Shown in pieces: positions 32,503-40,777 of a stretch of 64,000 bases of DNA. How positions within the stretch are numbered: position 1 is the stretch's first letter; every line of letters starts with the position of its first letter. Source of the DNA: a virus; IMG/VR virus record IMGVR_UViG_3300035687_000001. One strand, 5' to 3'. Both the position numbers and the translations under genes were made by a program. Under the pieces are notes generated by a model that saw only the letters and a list, made by a program, of their open reading frames with translations, searched no databases and was not told where the DNA came from.

Positions 32503-32533
32503 CCGGCGGGACGCAGAGGGTGCGCCCCGCCGG
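32503..32533 (-). terminator. hairpin terminator after CDS 32538..32807
   Basis: 13-bp stem (1 mismatch) ccggcgggacgca/tgcgccccgccgg, 5-nt loop. Confidence 0.6.
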
Positions 32534-32537
32534 GTGA

Positions 32538-32807
32538 TCAGGAGTGGAGGCTGGCGCCCACGCGGCACATCGCGCACTCGCACGGCGTCTTGGCGCAGCG
32601 CTTGAAGTGCGGCAGGTGCTTGGCCGGGATACGGCCACCAGCGATCGCGCTGGACAGCGTCGCGTCGGCAAGGTACGGGCGCCCGGTGCGAGTCGAGGTC
32701 ACCCAGGCGACCATGGTGCAGCCGCAGTCGCGACAGGTGGCCTTGGGTCGGGTGTCGCGGGCGATCGAGGCGCTGATCGCGGCGTTGGCCTGAGCGGTGA
32801 TGTCCAT
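32538..32807 (-). CDS. zinc-finger protein (89 aa)
   Basis: Track ORF; CRDCGC ... CAKTPCECAMC; first gene after cassette P16. Confidence 0.7.
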   Translation of the reverse strand: MDITAQANAAISASIARDTRPKATCRDCGCTMVAWVTSTRTGRPYLADATLSSAIAGGRIPAKHLPHFKRCAKTPCECAMCRVGASLHS

Positions 32808-32812
32808 GGTGA

Positions 32813-32871
32813 CCTCCGGTGCGGTCTTGCGGTGTACTCATGACACTACCTATTCAGGTAGTGTGAGTCAA
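32813..32871 (-). promoter_or_regulatory. promoter/operator/leader cassette P16
   Basis: Box 32813-32824; core ctacctattcaggtag 32846-32861; TTGACT(32866-32871)-17-TAGTGT(32843-32848). Confidence 0.6.
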
Positions 32872-32989
32872 CCGCCGTTTGAGGGCGGGCGCACACGCCC
32901 CGCGCCGCCCGCCGACCTGGAGCATCCAGGTGATCATCAGGGTAGGGCGAGGAGGTCCGAGCAGGCCTCTCATTTCGCCGTAGAGCGGT

Positions 32990-33055
32990 GCGGAGAGGCT
33001 CGGCGGCCCCACGATGCTCAGCGAGCCTCTCCGCGTCCCCAGGCACACCTGGGGA
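32990..33055 (-). terminator. tandem hairpin terminators after CDS 33057..33584
   Basis: 8-bp stem tccccagg/cctgggga (33036-33055) then 13-bp stem gcggagaggctcg/cgagcctctccgc (32990-33034). Confidence 0.65.
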
Positions 33056-33056
33056 G

Positions 33057-33584
33057 TCAGTGGAAGGCGATGAGCCCGTCCTCGGCCGCGAGCTTGCACG
33101 CCTTGTGGAAGTCGGCGAACGGGCCGTTGTAGGGATCGTCGAGCGCGCCCAGTTCGTGGTCCGGGCCGTAGGCCTCGAAGTCGGCCAGCAGGTTCTGCGC
33201 GGCCAGCGAACCGATCGTGCCCGCGTTGTCGGCGAACCAGATCAGCTCGAAGAAGGGCTCGGTCTCCTTGCGGTCCGGGTTGTACTTCTCCTGGAGCTGC
33301 TCGCGCCACCGGCCGTAGCCTCCGTAGGAACCGGCGCGGAAGCCGTGGGTCTGCGTGGTCTCGGTGATCTCGTAGCAGCCGCCGATCAGGAGATCGTCGC
33401 GGCGCTCCAGGATCGGCACGGCGAGGAACGAGAGCGGGAAGCTGTCGTAGACGTAGGCGCTGACGTGGTTGTCGTAGTAGCACCAGCTCGTCAGGCTGCC
33501 CGGCTCGCCATCGTTCAGCTCGGGGTCCTTCTCGTGCTGGCCCATGGCCTTCAGGTGGCTGTAGGCGGTGATGTCCAGGCCCAT
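33057..33584 (-). CDS. hypothetical protein (175 aa)
   Basis: Track ORF; GAGGAG before ATG 33584. Confidence 0.75.
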   Translation of the reverse strand: MGLDITAYSHLKAMGQHEKDPELNDGEPGSLTSWCYYDNHVSAYVYDSFPLSFLAVPILERRDDLLIGGCYEITETTQTHGFRAGSYGGYGRWREQLQEKYNPDRKETEPFFELIWFADNAGTIGSLAAQNLLADFEAYGPDHELGALDDPYNGPFADFHKACKLAAEDGLIAFH

Positions 33585-33606
33585 GATGGGCTCCTCTCGA
33601 TTCGGG

Positions 33607-33840
33607 TTAGGAAAACTGCTCGGGCACAGCGGCCTTGGCCGCGTACTGCCATGTGCCCTTGCGCACGTAGGGCACGTCCTGGCCCGGGTAGAACAGGCGG
33701 TTGCTGTGTCCGCCGTCGCGGTGGCGCACGACCACCACCAGGTCCCCGTCTCCGTTGACGCCCTCGACCTCGACCACGGTCATCTCCGGGACGCCCTTGT
33801 CGAAGTACACGTCGCCCGGTTCCAGCTCGTCAGCGATCAC
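33607..33840 (-). CDS. hypothetical protein (77 aa)
   Basis: Track ORF; GTG 33840 after GGAGAG. Confidence 0.65.
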   Translation of the reverse strand: MIADELEPGDVYFDKGVPEMTVVEVEGVNGDGDLVVVVRHRDGGHSNRLFYPGQDVPYVRKGTWQYAAKAAVPEQFS

Positions 33841-33859
33841 GATCTCTCCTGTGGATCAG

Positions 33860-33886
33860 GGCCGGGGCGCGGTGTGCGCCCCGGCC
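33860..33886 (-). terminator. hairpin terminator after CDS 33895..34803
   Basis: 11-bp GC stem ggccggggcgc/gcgccccggcc, 5-nt loop. Confidence 0.7.
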
Positions 33887-33894
33887 GGGGTAGG

Positions 33895-34803
33895 TCAGTG
33901 GCTCCAGCGAGCCATCTCCGCCTGGGCGCCCCTGATGGCCGAGCGGACCTTCGCCTGGACCTTCTTGTCCAGCTGGGTGGCCATCTCCTCGGTGGTGACG
34001 CCCGCCTTGTGGGCCAGCGCGGCCAGGTAGCGCTGCGCGTCCTTGGCGTGGCTGGCGGCGTACTCGCCGCAGACCCGGACGTGGTAGGCGTTGTCCGTGG
34101 CGCCCTGGAAGACCTGCGCCGGGGTGCCGAAGAAGATCGACATCGCCGCGTCCTCGATGTACTCGCTGCGGACCTTGGACTCGCGCTTGATCTCGTAGCC
34201 GATGCCGTCCAGAACCGGGGTGCCGTCCGGGTTGGTGATCGCCTCGGCGGCGTTCTTCGCGGCCTTGGTGGCCTTCTTGGCGTCGCGGGCGGCGGCAGCG
34301 GCCTCGCGCTCCTCACGAGCGGCGATGCGGGCCGGGGTGTCGATGCGGGCGTCACGCTTGGCCTGCATGACCTCGGCGGGCAGGTTCGGGAAACAGCGGG
34401 CGCAGGCGGCCTCGCCGGAGAGATTGCCCATCTCGTCCTGCTCGGTGCCGGAGAACTGGGTCAGCCAGCCGAAGTCGGTGTCGTCGAAGCAGGTGTCGCA
34501 CGAGGTCGAGGTGTGCACGTGGCCGCCGGTGTTGGTGACCAGGTAGTAGCGGGTCCAGCCGCCACGGCCCCGGTACTCGTCGTCCAGCGTCTCGCGCTCC
34601 TCGATCAGCGTGTTGCGCTCGATGACGAAGTTGCGGATGTCGGTCTCGGCCTTCGCCTTGGCCTGATCGGTGACGTAGACGCCGCCATCGATCGTGTACT
34701 CGGCGCGGCGGATGCCCATCTCGATCTCGGCGCGGCGGACCATGACGGCGGCGAAGCGGGTGTCGATCTCGGCGGGGGTGGCGGTGGCGAGGTTGGCGAT
34801 CAT
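33895..34803 (-). CDS. hypothetical protein (302 aa)
   Basis: Track ORF; first gene after cassette P17; central Cys cluster (SCDTC..CARC) and Lys/Ala-rich linker. Confidence 0.8.
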   Translation of the reverse strand: MIANLATATPAEIDTRFAAVMVRRAEIEMGIRRAEYTIDGGVYVTDQAKAKAETDIRNFVIERNTLIEERETLDDEYRGRGGWTRYYLVTNTGGHVHTSTSCDTCFDDTDFGWLTQFSGTEQDEMGNLSGEAACARCFPNLPAEVMQAKRDARIDTPARIAAREEREAAAAARDAKKATKAAKNAAEAITNPDGTPVLDGIGYEIKRESKVRSEYIEDAAMSIFFGTPAQVFQGATDNAYHVRVCGEYAASHAKDAQRYLAALAHKAGVTTEEMATQLDKKVQAKVRSAIRGAQAEMARWSH

Positions 34804-34808
34804 CTGGG

Positions 34809-34871
34809 CCTCCGGTGCGGCTCGTTCTTGCTGACAAGAATGAGATTACACTACCCACTTGGGTAGTGCAA
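34809..34871 (-). promoter_or_regulatory. promoter/operator/leader cassette P17 (-35-like hexamer abutting core)
   Basis: Box 34809-34820; leader hairpin ttcttg-ctga-caagaa 34825-34840; core 34851-34866; TTGCAC(34866-34871)-17-TAATCT(34843-34848); TGACCTGCG 34880-34888 just upstream. Confidence 0.55.
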
Positions 34872-34914
34872 CCCCCTCTTGACCTGCGGTTATGCGGTTG
34901 TCAGCTCCAGATGA

Positions 34915-35295
34915 TCATGCAGTCTTCGGGCGGAAGCCGTAACGCGCCTCGTGCAGGTCGGCGGCCAGCTCCTTGCCCAGGTTGGCGATGGCCTGCGTCG
35001 TGCTCTCGATGAACGAGGGCAGGTCCTCGCCCTCGACGAGCAGCTTGGTCAGCCGCTCGTTGGCCTTGACCAGCTTCGCGCGGCCCAGCTCGATGTCGCT
35101 CTCCAGCGTCACTCCGGCCAGGTGAGCGGCGAAGACCTTCTTCTGCCAGGCCTGCGAGCGCGACGGGGGCGCCTCGTTGGTGTAGCTCGTCCAACCGCCG
35201 CAGGTGCACTTCACGTCGGTGCCCGACGTACCGCGCATGCCCTTGATCGGGCTGCCGCCCCGCAGGCGCTTGGTGGCGATGAGTTCGTGCTTCAT
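34915..35295 (-). CDS. hypothetical protein (126 aa)
   Basis: ATG 35295 8 nt after GGAGG of cassette P18; MKHELIATKRLRGGSPIKG.. Confidence 0.7.
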   Translation of the reverse strand: MKHELIATKRLRGGSPIKGMRGTSGTDVKCTCGGWTSYTNEAPPSRSQAWQKKVFAAHLAGVTLESDIELGRAKLVKANERLTKLLVEGEDLPSFIESTTQAIANLGKELAADLHEARYGFRPKTA

Positions 35296-35303
35296 GGTGG
35301 GCT

Positions 35304-35366
35304 CCTCCGGTGCGGGCCTTCGTGCTGACAAGGACGACCCTACCCTACCCGTTCGGGTAGTGTCAA
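35304..35366 (-). promoter_or_regulatory. promoter/operator/leader cassette P18 (-35-like hexamer abutting core)
   Basis: Box 35304-35315; leader hairpin 35317-35333; core 35345-35360; TTGACA(35361-35366)-18-TAGGGT(35337-35342, second of two tandem TAGGGT). Confidence 0.55.
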
Positions 35367-35671
35367 CCGCTGGGCTGCACCGCCATGTGCGTGTAGGTGA
35401 TGCCGTCGATCTCGACCCCGTCGTCCAGCTCACGCCACGGCGCGTCCTGAGCGGCCTCGTGCAGGCTCAAGACGCCCTGCTGCTGGCGGTCATTGTCGGG
35501 GAACCAGAAGGGCACCACAGAGCCGTTCAGCTCGCGCAAGAGCGGGTTCAGCCGGTGCGGCTCCACGTCGCGCAGGTGCAGGCGGATGTCCGCCAGCGGC
35601 TGTGGGTTGCCCAGTGCCGGAGTGAGGAACTGGTAGGCGGCCATGAGCCGCTCGGTCAGCTCGACGTCCAT
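35363..35671 (-). CDS. hypothetical protein (102 aa)
   Basis: ATG 35671 9 nt after AAGGAGGG; track start 35677 (GTG) too close to the SD. Confidence 0.7.
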   Translation of the reverse strand: MDVELTERLMAAYQFLTPALGNPQPLADIRLHLRDVEPHRLNPLLRELNGSVVPFWFPDNDRQQQGVLSLHEAAQDAPWRELDDGVEIDGITYTHMAVQPSG

Positions 35672-35673
35672 GA

Positions 35674-35982
35674 TCACTCACCCTCCTTGTCCTGCTGCGC
35701 CCGTAGGCGGGCCTCGATGCCGTTCTGGTCGTCGTAGATCACGATGGCGTTGCCCCCGGCCCGGCGGACCTCGCGCAGCGCCTCGGCCGCGACGTAGTCG
35801 AAGTTCGGGCTGGCCATCCGCTTGCCGTTACTCGGCCGGGTGATCTCCCAGCAGAAGTGGCCCGCCGGACGCAACACCGTGATCACGGTCATCGCGCGGT
35901 ACTCGTCGAGCATGTCCAGCGGATCGGGGTTGTGCTGGTGTGCCTTGGCGGCCGGGTCCCAGTCGCCGAATTCGTCGGTCAT
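35674..35982 (-). CDS. hypothetical protein (102 aa)
   Basis: Track ORF. Confidence 0.7.
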   Translation of the reverse strand: MTDEFGDWDPAAKAHQHNPDPLDMLDEYRAMTVITVLRPAGHFCWEITRPSNGKRMASPNFDYVAAEALREVRRAGGNAIVIYDDQNGIEARLRAQQDKEGE

Positions 35983-36170
35983 CAGAAGTCACCAGCCTGA
36001 CTGTGTCCGCCCGCCCAGGCTTCCGGCAGGAAGCCGTTGCCGGAGAGCCAGTTGTCCAGCCCCTCGACCAGCTCGATGAGGCGCGCGGTTTTCCCCGCGC
36101 TCAGTTCGCCGTAGTTGGCGTGCTCCTCGTTCAGCCTGCGGATTTCGGCCAGTGCAGCATTGGGGTCCAT
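35982..36170 (-). CDS. hypothetical protein (62 aa)
   Basis: ATG 36170 after AAGGAG; MDPNAALAEIRRLNEEHANYG..; track ORF 35982..36920 trimmed. Confidence 0.65.
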   Translation of the reverse strand: MDPNAALAEIRRLNEEHANYGELSAGKTARLIELVEGLDNWLSGNGFLPEAWAGGHSQAGDF

Positions 36171-36185
36171 TGCGGACTCCTTTCT

Positions 36186-36213
36186 GGCGGGGGCTCCACC
36201 GGGAGCCCCCGCC
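36186..36213 (-). terminator. hairpin terminator after CDS 36221..37114
   Basis: 12-bp stem ggcgggggctcc/ggagcccccgcc, 4-nt loop. Confidence 0.7.
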
Positions 36214-36220
36214 GGTTGTC

Positions 36221-37114
36221 TCAGCGGATGACGGCCTTGGCGGGCCGCTTGAAGTAGGCGAAGGTCTCGTCGTCCGAGGCCTGCTCGAAGGTGGCGGTGA
36301 AGGCCACCCGGGTGCCCTGCTCGACGTCGGCGATCGCGGCCGGGACGGTGCCCCAGACCCGGGCGCCGTTGTCCAGGGTCACGGTCATCACCATGCGGAT
36401 GCCGCCGGTGAAGTCGTTGTCCCGGGTGTCCAGCTTGGTCACGGTGCCCTCGATCACCACGCGGCCCTCGGGGGCCGGACCGGCGTCGCTCTTGACCGCC
36501 GCGATCTCCGCGTTGCGCTGCTCCTGCTCGGCGAAGCGCTCGTCGAGCTGGGTCAGGATCCGGCTCACGAAGGCCAGCTGCTTCACGGAGACGTCGCCGC
36601 CGTACTGGCGAGCCTTGTGGGCGATGTCGGCGAGCGGGCCAACGCCCCAGATGTCCGCACCGGCGGGAGCGGCAGCCTCGATGTTCCAGGCGTAGGTGGC
36701 GTAGGCAAGGTCCTGGTAGGCGTCGCAGGCGGCCAGGAAGCCGTCCAGCAGCTTGTGCGCCTCGCGGGCGGCCTTGGCCTCGGCCATCATCCGCTTGACC
36801 TCGTCCTTGGCCATCGCGAAGCGGCCGACGAGGCAGTTCAGACCGACCTCGACCAGCGCGTTCGACGGGTGGTGGAAGAGGACCGCGACGTAGCGCAGGT
36901 GCTGGCCGCAGGCGTCGCACTGGTAGTGCGGGTGGACGAGCACGTAGGGGAAGCCCTCGGTCTCCATCGCGCGGACCGCCTTGCGGCCCCGGCTGTCGTC
37001 GGCACGGAACGGGCTGGTGTCGGTGTCCAGCACGCCGATGAACTTGTAGTCGGCCGGGTCGAAGTTGACGTGAGCGGCGGTGTGGACATCATGGCGGGCG
37101 ATCGAGGTGGTCAT
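36221..37114 (-). CDS. hypothetical protein (297 aa)
   Basis: Track ORF; first gene after cassette P19. Confidence 0.8.
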   Translation of the reverse strand: MTTSIARHDVHTAAHVNFDPADYKFIGVLDTDTSPFRADDSRGRKAVRAMETEGFPYVLVHPHYQCDACGQHLRYVAVLFHHPSNALVEVGLNCLVGRFAMAKDEVKRMMAEAKAAREAHKLLDGFLAACDAYQDLAYATYAWNIEAAAPAGADIWGVGPLADIAHKARQYGGDVSVKQLAFVSRILTQLDERFAEQEQRNAEIAAVKSDAGPAPEGRVVIEGTVTKLDTRDNDFTGGIRMVMTVTLDNGARVWGTVPAAIADVEQGTRVAFTATFEQASDDETFAYFKRPAKAVIR

Positions 37115-37119
37115 CGTGG

Positions 37120-37188
37120 CCTCCGGTGCGGCTCGTTCCGTGCTGACATGAGGAACTCTACACTACCTATCCGGGTAGTGTCCATACC
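37120..37188 (-). promoter_or_regulatory. promoter/operator/leader cassette P19 (weak -35)
   Basis: Box 37120-37131; leader hairpin gttcc..ggaac 37135-37156; core ctacctatccgggtag 37163-37178; TAGTGT 37160-37165; TGACCTGCG 37192-37200 upstream. Confidence 0.5.
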
Positions 37189-37225
37189 CTCTGACCTGCG
37201 ACTTTGGTTCCGGTGGTGGGTAGAA

Positions 37226-37261
37226 GGCGGCCCCCGTCCCACCGGAGTGACGGGGGCCGCC
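37226..37261 (-). terminator. hairpin terminator after CDS 37267..37875
   Basis: 13-bp stem ggcggcccccgtc/gacgggggccgcc, 10-nt loop. Confidence 0.65.
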
Positions 37262-37266
37262 GGTCT

Positions 37267-37875
37267 CTACAGGGCGTCGCGCATCTCGCCTTCGGCGATC
37301 TTGAGCAGTTCCGCGATCGAGAGCGCCTCGACGCCCACGTGGCAGGAGTGGTGCCACTTGTCCACGTGGGCGCACAGGCAGTACAGCTGGACCTCGGTCA
37401 TCGTCACGCGGTCGTCGTCGGCGAAGGTGCCCGCGAACTCGCTCCACGTGTCGTTCTGCGGCTCGCTGCTCTTGTCCCAGTCGATGCCACACAGCAGCGT
37501 GTGGATCAGCTCGTCCTGCCACGCGTAGCTGCCGTACTGACCGAACACCTTGCCCTTGAGCAGGATGTACGCGGTCAGCTCGTTCACCGAGGTCTTGCCG
37601 CCGGGGTTCATGTGCGCGAGCACGTCGGCCACGGTGGGCACCGCGAAGCCCTCGGGCAACCAGAACCGCTGGTGGCCGTTCCACTCCTCGTCGTGCTCCA
37701 GGCCGAGGTCCCGCAGAGCCTTCGCGCCGGGTAACTGACGCTTCACCTCGGCGGGCAGCTGCGGCTCCCAGTCGGCCTTGCCGATCGCTATCGGCACATC
37801 GCTGTGCTTGTCATAGCACTTGGTCACGTGCATGCGCCGCAGCAGCAGCGCCAGCTCGGGGGTGGGCTTCTTCAT
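37267..37875 (-). CDS. hypothetical protein (202 aa)
   Basis: ATG 37875 (MKKPTPELALLLRRMHV) 2 nt after stop of 37878..38204; track ORF trimmed. Confidence 0.75.
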   Translation of the reverse strand: MKKPTPELALLLRRMHVTKCYDKHSDVPIAIGKADWEPQLPAEVKRQLPGAKALRDLGLEHDEEWNGHQRFWLPEGFAVPTVADVLAHMNPGGKTSVNELTAYILLKGKVFGQYGSYAWQDELIHTLLCGIDWDKSSEPQNDTWSEFAGTFADDDRVTMTEVQLYCLCAHVDKWHHSCHVGVEALSIAELLKIAEGEMRDAL

Positions 37876-37877
37876 GA

Positions 37878-38204
37878 TCAGACTCCCGCCAGCTCGAAGA
37901 AGGAGACCTGCGCGACGGCGCCGGTCTTTTCGCCGTCGAACGCCAGCGTGCCCTCCGCATAGTCGAAGTCGCGAGCGAAGGTGACCCGGCACCGAACCAG
38001 ACCGTGCGAGTTGACGCGCTGGCCAGTCCGCTCGACACGAGCGAGCTGCTTGCCAGTGAAGCCCTCAACGATCAGGCCCGCCGGAGTGATGGCCACCAGG
38101 TCGTAGCGTCCACCTTGGTCAGTCTCGACGAAGAGCATGCGCAGCACCGAGCTGAACTGCCCGCGCAGCGCCTCGATCTCGGCGAGGGTGATGGTGTTCT
38201 GCAT
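37878..38204 (-). CDS. hypothetical protein (108 aa)
   Basis: Track ORF; first gene after cassette P20. Confidence 0.75.
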   Translation of the reverse strand: MQNTITLAEIEALRGQFSSVLRMLFVETDQGGRYDLVAITPAGLIVEGFTGKQLARVERTGQRVNSHGLVRCRVTFARDFDYAEGTLAFDGEKTGAVAQVSFFELAGV

Positions 38205-38209
38205 GGTGA

Positions 38210-38272
38210 CCTCCGGTGCGGTCGTGGTGTGCTGACCTGACCCACACTACCCGTTCAGGTAGTGTGGGTCAA
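38210..38272 (-). promoter_or_regulatory. promoter/operator/leader cassette P20 (extended-palindrome subfamily)
   Basis: Box 38210-38221; 32-bp palindrome 38239-38270; TTGACC(38267-38272)-17-TAGTGT(38244-38249). Confidence 0.65.
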
Positions 38273-38527
38273 CCCCCAGGGTCCGTAGGTCACATGGGCG
38301 GTGTGCTGCTCGTCGATGACGATCTCGCCACACGCGAGCATGTCGTCGAGCGCAGCGGCGGTCGGCGCGAACGTGACCGGCATCCACTCGTCGAGGTCCA
38401 ACGAGAGGCTCTCGCGGATTGCCCAGCCCTCGTCGTCCTTGCGGACCATGGGGATGCCGGTGTGCTCCGTGATCAACAGGATCGGTCGCACGATGTCGTG
38501 CATGGGACTGCGCCAGACGTCGCTCAC
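38255..38527 (-). CDS. hypothetical protein (90 aa)
   Basis: GTG 38527 in GTGA overlap; VSDVWRSPMHDIVRPILLITEHTG..; 3' end runs into P20 palindrome. Confidence 0.6.
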   Translation of the reverse strand: MSDVWRSPMHDIVRPILLITEHTGIPMVRKDDEGWAIRESLSLDLDEWMPVTFAPTAAALDDMLACGEIVIDEQHTAHVTYGPWGLTHTT

Positions 38528-39177
38528 AGCTCTTCCCCCGCCATCGTCGCGATCGCGGGCAGGACCTTGGTCGCGAACCACTCCGCCGGGCCGCCGGTGC
38601 CGGTGTGGAAGTTGCCGAAGTACTCCAGGCCGTCTCGGCCGATGTACCACTGGCACTGGTATTCGTTCTGCCAGGCCCACTCGCAGCCGCGCTCGTCGAG
38701 CCACTCGCCCAGCTCGTGGATGAACCGCGCGTGCCGCTGCGAGCACGACTCACCCCGGTCGTTCATGAAGCTGTAGGTGGTGTCGATCGAGATCTCGACA
38801 TCGGCCCAGCCGCACTCGCGCGGGTTGGCCACCACATCGGCGTCATGCTCGGCGACGTCCTCGGCGCTGACCCAGTAGCGCTCCTGCGGCAGGTCCCACT
38901 CGGCCCAGCCCACGCGCCGGGCACAGAACTTGTCGCAGTCGTGGGTCAGCAGGCCGTCGGGGCTGTAGTACATGATCAGCCACGCTTCCAGGCCGAGACC
39001 GGGCTGGTGCCAGAACTCCTTGACGCCGGGAGCCCGCGACGAGCCGCTGGCGTTGTCCAGCTCGGTCATGATCGGCGTTCCGGACGGCGTGCTGAGCAGA
39101 GCACGGCAGTACTCGAAGATCTCGCGAGGGGTCGCCTTCTCGGCGGTGCGGATCGCGATGCGGGTATCGAGAGTCAT
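38524..39177 (-). CDS. hypothetical protein (217 aa)
   Basis: ATG 39177 7 nt after GGAGG; MTLDTRIAIRTAEKATPREIFEY.. Confidence 0.75.
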   Translation of the reverse strand: MTLDTRIAIRTAEKATPREIFEYCRALLSTPSGTPIMTELDNASGSSRAPGVKEFWHQPGLGLEAWLIMYYSPDGLLTHDCDKFCARRVGWAEWDLPQERYWVSAEDVAEHDADVVANPRECGWADVEISIDTTYSFMNDRGESCSQRHARFIHELGEWLDERGCEWAWQNEYQCQWYIGRDGLEYFGNFHTGTGGPAEWFATKVLPAIATMAGEEL

Positions 39178-39198
39178 GATCAATCCTCCAGCGTGGGG

Positions 39199-39447
39199 TC
39201 AGGACAGGGCGAAGTTGATTCGGCTTTCGGTGACCTCGTACTCGGCCAACTGCTCCAGCAGCATCTCGCGGAAGTCCGCATCCGAAGCGGTGTCGACGAC
39301 CTGACCGTTTTCGATGCCCTGCCACTCGTCACCCTTGCGAATCCAGGCGCACCCCTTGGTCGCGGTCCACCCGGTCATCTCCCGAGCCGGAGTGAAACGG
39401 AAGGCGGCCTTGAGCAGGTGTTCGGTGCGGAAGGTGTCGAGCGACAT
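39199..39447 (-). CDS. hypothetical protein (82 aa)
   Basis: ATG 39447 5 nt after GGAGG of cassette P21. Confidence 0.7.
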   Translation of the reverse strand: MSLDTFRTEHLLKAAFRFTPAREMTGWTATKGCAWIRKGDEWQGIENGQVVDTASDADFREMLLEQLAEYEVTESRINFALS

Positions 39448-39452
39448 TGCGA

Positions 39453-39514
39453 CCTCCGGTGCGGTCTCTCTAACTGACAAGACCCACACTACCCGTCTGG
39501 GTAGTGTGGGTCAA
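39453..39514 (-). promoter_or_regulatory. promoter/operator/leader cassette P21 (extended-palindrome subfamily)
   Basis: Box 39453-39464; leader hairpin 39463-39484; 32-bp palindrome 39481-39512; TTGACC(39509-39514)-17-TAGTGT(39486-39491); near-identical to P22. Confidence 0.65.
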
Positions 39515-39528
39515 GCCTTAGGCGACAA

Positions 39529-39921
39529 TCACACCCGACCCATCAGCATCGCGGCGGCGCGCTTCGAGCCTTCGAGGCGGGCCGACTGCTCGCGGAGCTT
39601 CTCCTTCAGCGCCAGGCGCTCGCGATAGGCCAGCTCGGCCAGCGCCCGCTCGCCCAGGCCGCCCATGTCGGTCTCGGCGACGCGCCACAGCATGTGGTCG
39701 GTGAAGTGGGCGAAGTTGCGAACCTCGACTCCCAGGATGTCGATCACGCGGACCAGCACGTTGCGCCAGCGGTCGCCATCGGCGGTGAGCAGGGTGACCG
39801 GGACCACCTTGTCAGCGCCCAGGCCGTTGAGGTTCGGGCGCTGCACCAGCCAGCCGGTGACGCTCTGCGGGATGAGCCGGACGTAGACATAGCCGGTGAT
39901 GAGCTGCGGGGTGTGGGACAC
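39529..39921 (-). CDS. hypothetical protein (130 aa)
   Basis: Track ORF; GTG 39921 5 nt after GGAGG of cassette P22. Confidence 0.7.
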   Translation of the reverse strand: MSHTPQLITGYVYVRLIPQSVTGWLVQRPNLNGLGADKVVPVTLLTADGDRWRNVLVRVIDILGVEVRNFAHFTDHMLWRVAETDMGGLGERALAELAYRERLALKEKLREQSARLEGSKRAAAMLMGRV

Positions 39922-39926
39922 GTTGA

Positions 39927-39986
39927 CCTCCGGTGTGGCCTTTAACTGACAAGACCCACACTACCCGTCTGGGTAGTGTGGGTCAA
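39927..39986 (-). promoter_or_regulatory. promoter/operator/leader cassette P22 (extended-palindrome subfamily)
   Basis: Variant box cctccggtgtgg 39927-39938; 32-bp palindrome 39953-39984; TTGACC(39981-39986)-17-TAGTGT(39958-39963). Confidence 0.65.
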
Positions 39987-40003
39987 GCCCTGAAGCGCTG
40001 GAT

Positions 40004-40360
40004 CTACAGCTCGGCGCCCGCGCTCTCCGGCACCCGGACGAGCACGTCCTCGTTCTCGGCGGCGGTCCAGTCCTGGACGCCCTCGATCGCACCCGCGTAG
40101 GTGGCCCAGCCGCCCTCGTCGTCCTCCATCACCGGGTGCATGCCCCGGGCCTTGCCCGGCTCCGCGAAGAAGTCGGCGAAGCCCAGGTCGATCTGCTGCG
40201 TCTCCGGGTCCTGCACGAAGCCCACCAGGCGGCTCGGGGTGCCGTTCCAGAAGTCCTGGCGGCCGACCTGGCCGCGCTCGTCGCCCTCGGCCACGAGGTG
40301 GAACGGGTACGGCAGCACGCCGTCTTCGCGCGGCTGCGGCTGGATCGTGATCATCTTCAT
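40004..40360 (-). CDS. hypothetical protein (118 aa)
   Basis: Track ORF; GAGGAG before ATG 40360. Confidence 0.75.
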   Translation of the reverse strand: MKMITIQPQPREDGVLPYPFHLVAEGDERGQVGRQDFWNGTPSRLVGFVQDPETQQIDLGFADFFAEPGKARGMHPVMEDDEGGWATYAGAIEGVQDWTAAENEDVLVRVPESAGAEL

Positions 40361-40394
40361 GTAGTGCTCCTCTTCCGGTGTAGCGATCTACCGC

Positions 40395-40772
40395 TCAGGC
40401 GTTCTGGGCGGCGCGGTCGAGTGCTTCGGCCAGCATGCGCTGGCGCGGGGCGTCGTCCCACGAGGTGGGGCCGGTCAAGGCTTCGATCGCCTTGCCGATC
40501 GGGCCGTTGCCGTAGTTGTAGGTGTCGTCGCGGATCACGATCGGTCCCGCCGGGCCCTGCTCGTTCGCCGGGGTCTCGCAGACGAAGAACTGCGTGATGT
40601 GCACGTAGGCCGCGCCCTCGCCCGGCTCGCCGGTGCGCGTGAAGCCCTCCTCGGTGACCGCGTACAGGTCGGTGCCGGGGATCGGGGCCTGCCAGTACCG
40701 CAGCAGCGTCGGCTCGCCCAGCACCGGAGTGGGCACGCTGGTCAGCTCGACGTGGTCCAGGGCGATGGTCAT
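40395..40772 (-). CDS. hypothetical protein (125 aa)
   Basis: ATG 40772 5 nt after GGAGG of cassette P23; MTIALDHVELTSVPTPVLG.. Confidence 0.7.
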   Translation of the reverse strand: MTIALDHVELTSVPTPVLGEPTLLRYWQAPIPGTDLYAVTEEGFTRTGEPGEGAAYVHITQFFVCETPANEQGPAGPIVIRDDTYNYGNGPIGKAIEALTGPTSWDDAPRQRMLAEALDRAAQNA

Positions 40773-40777
40773 CGGGT

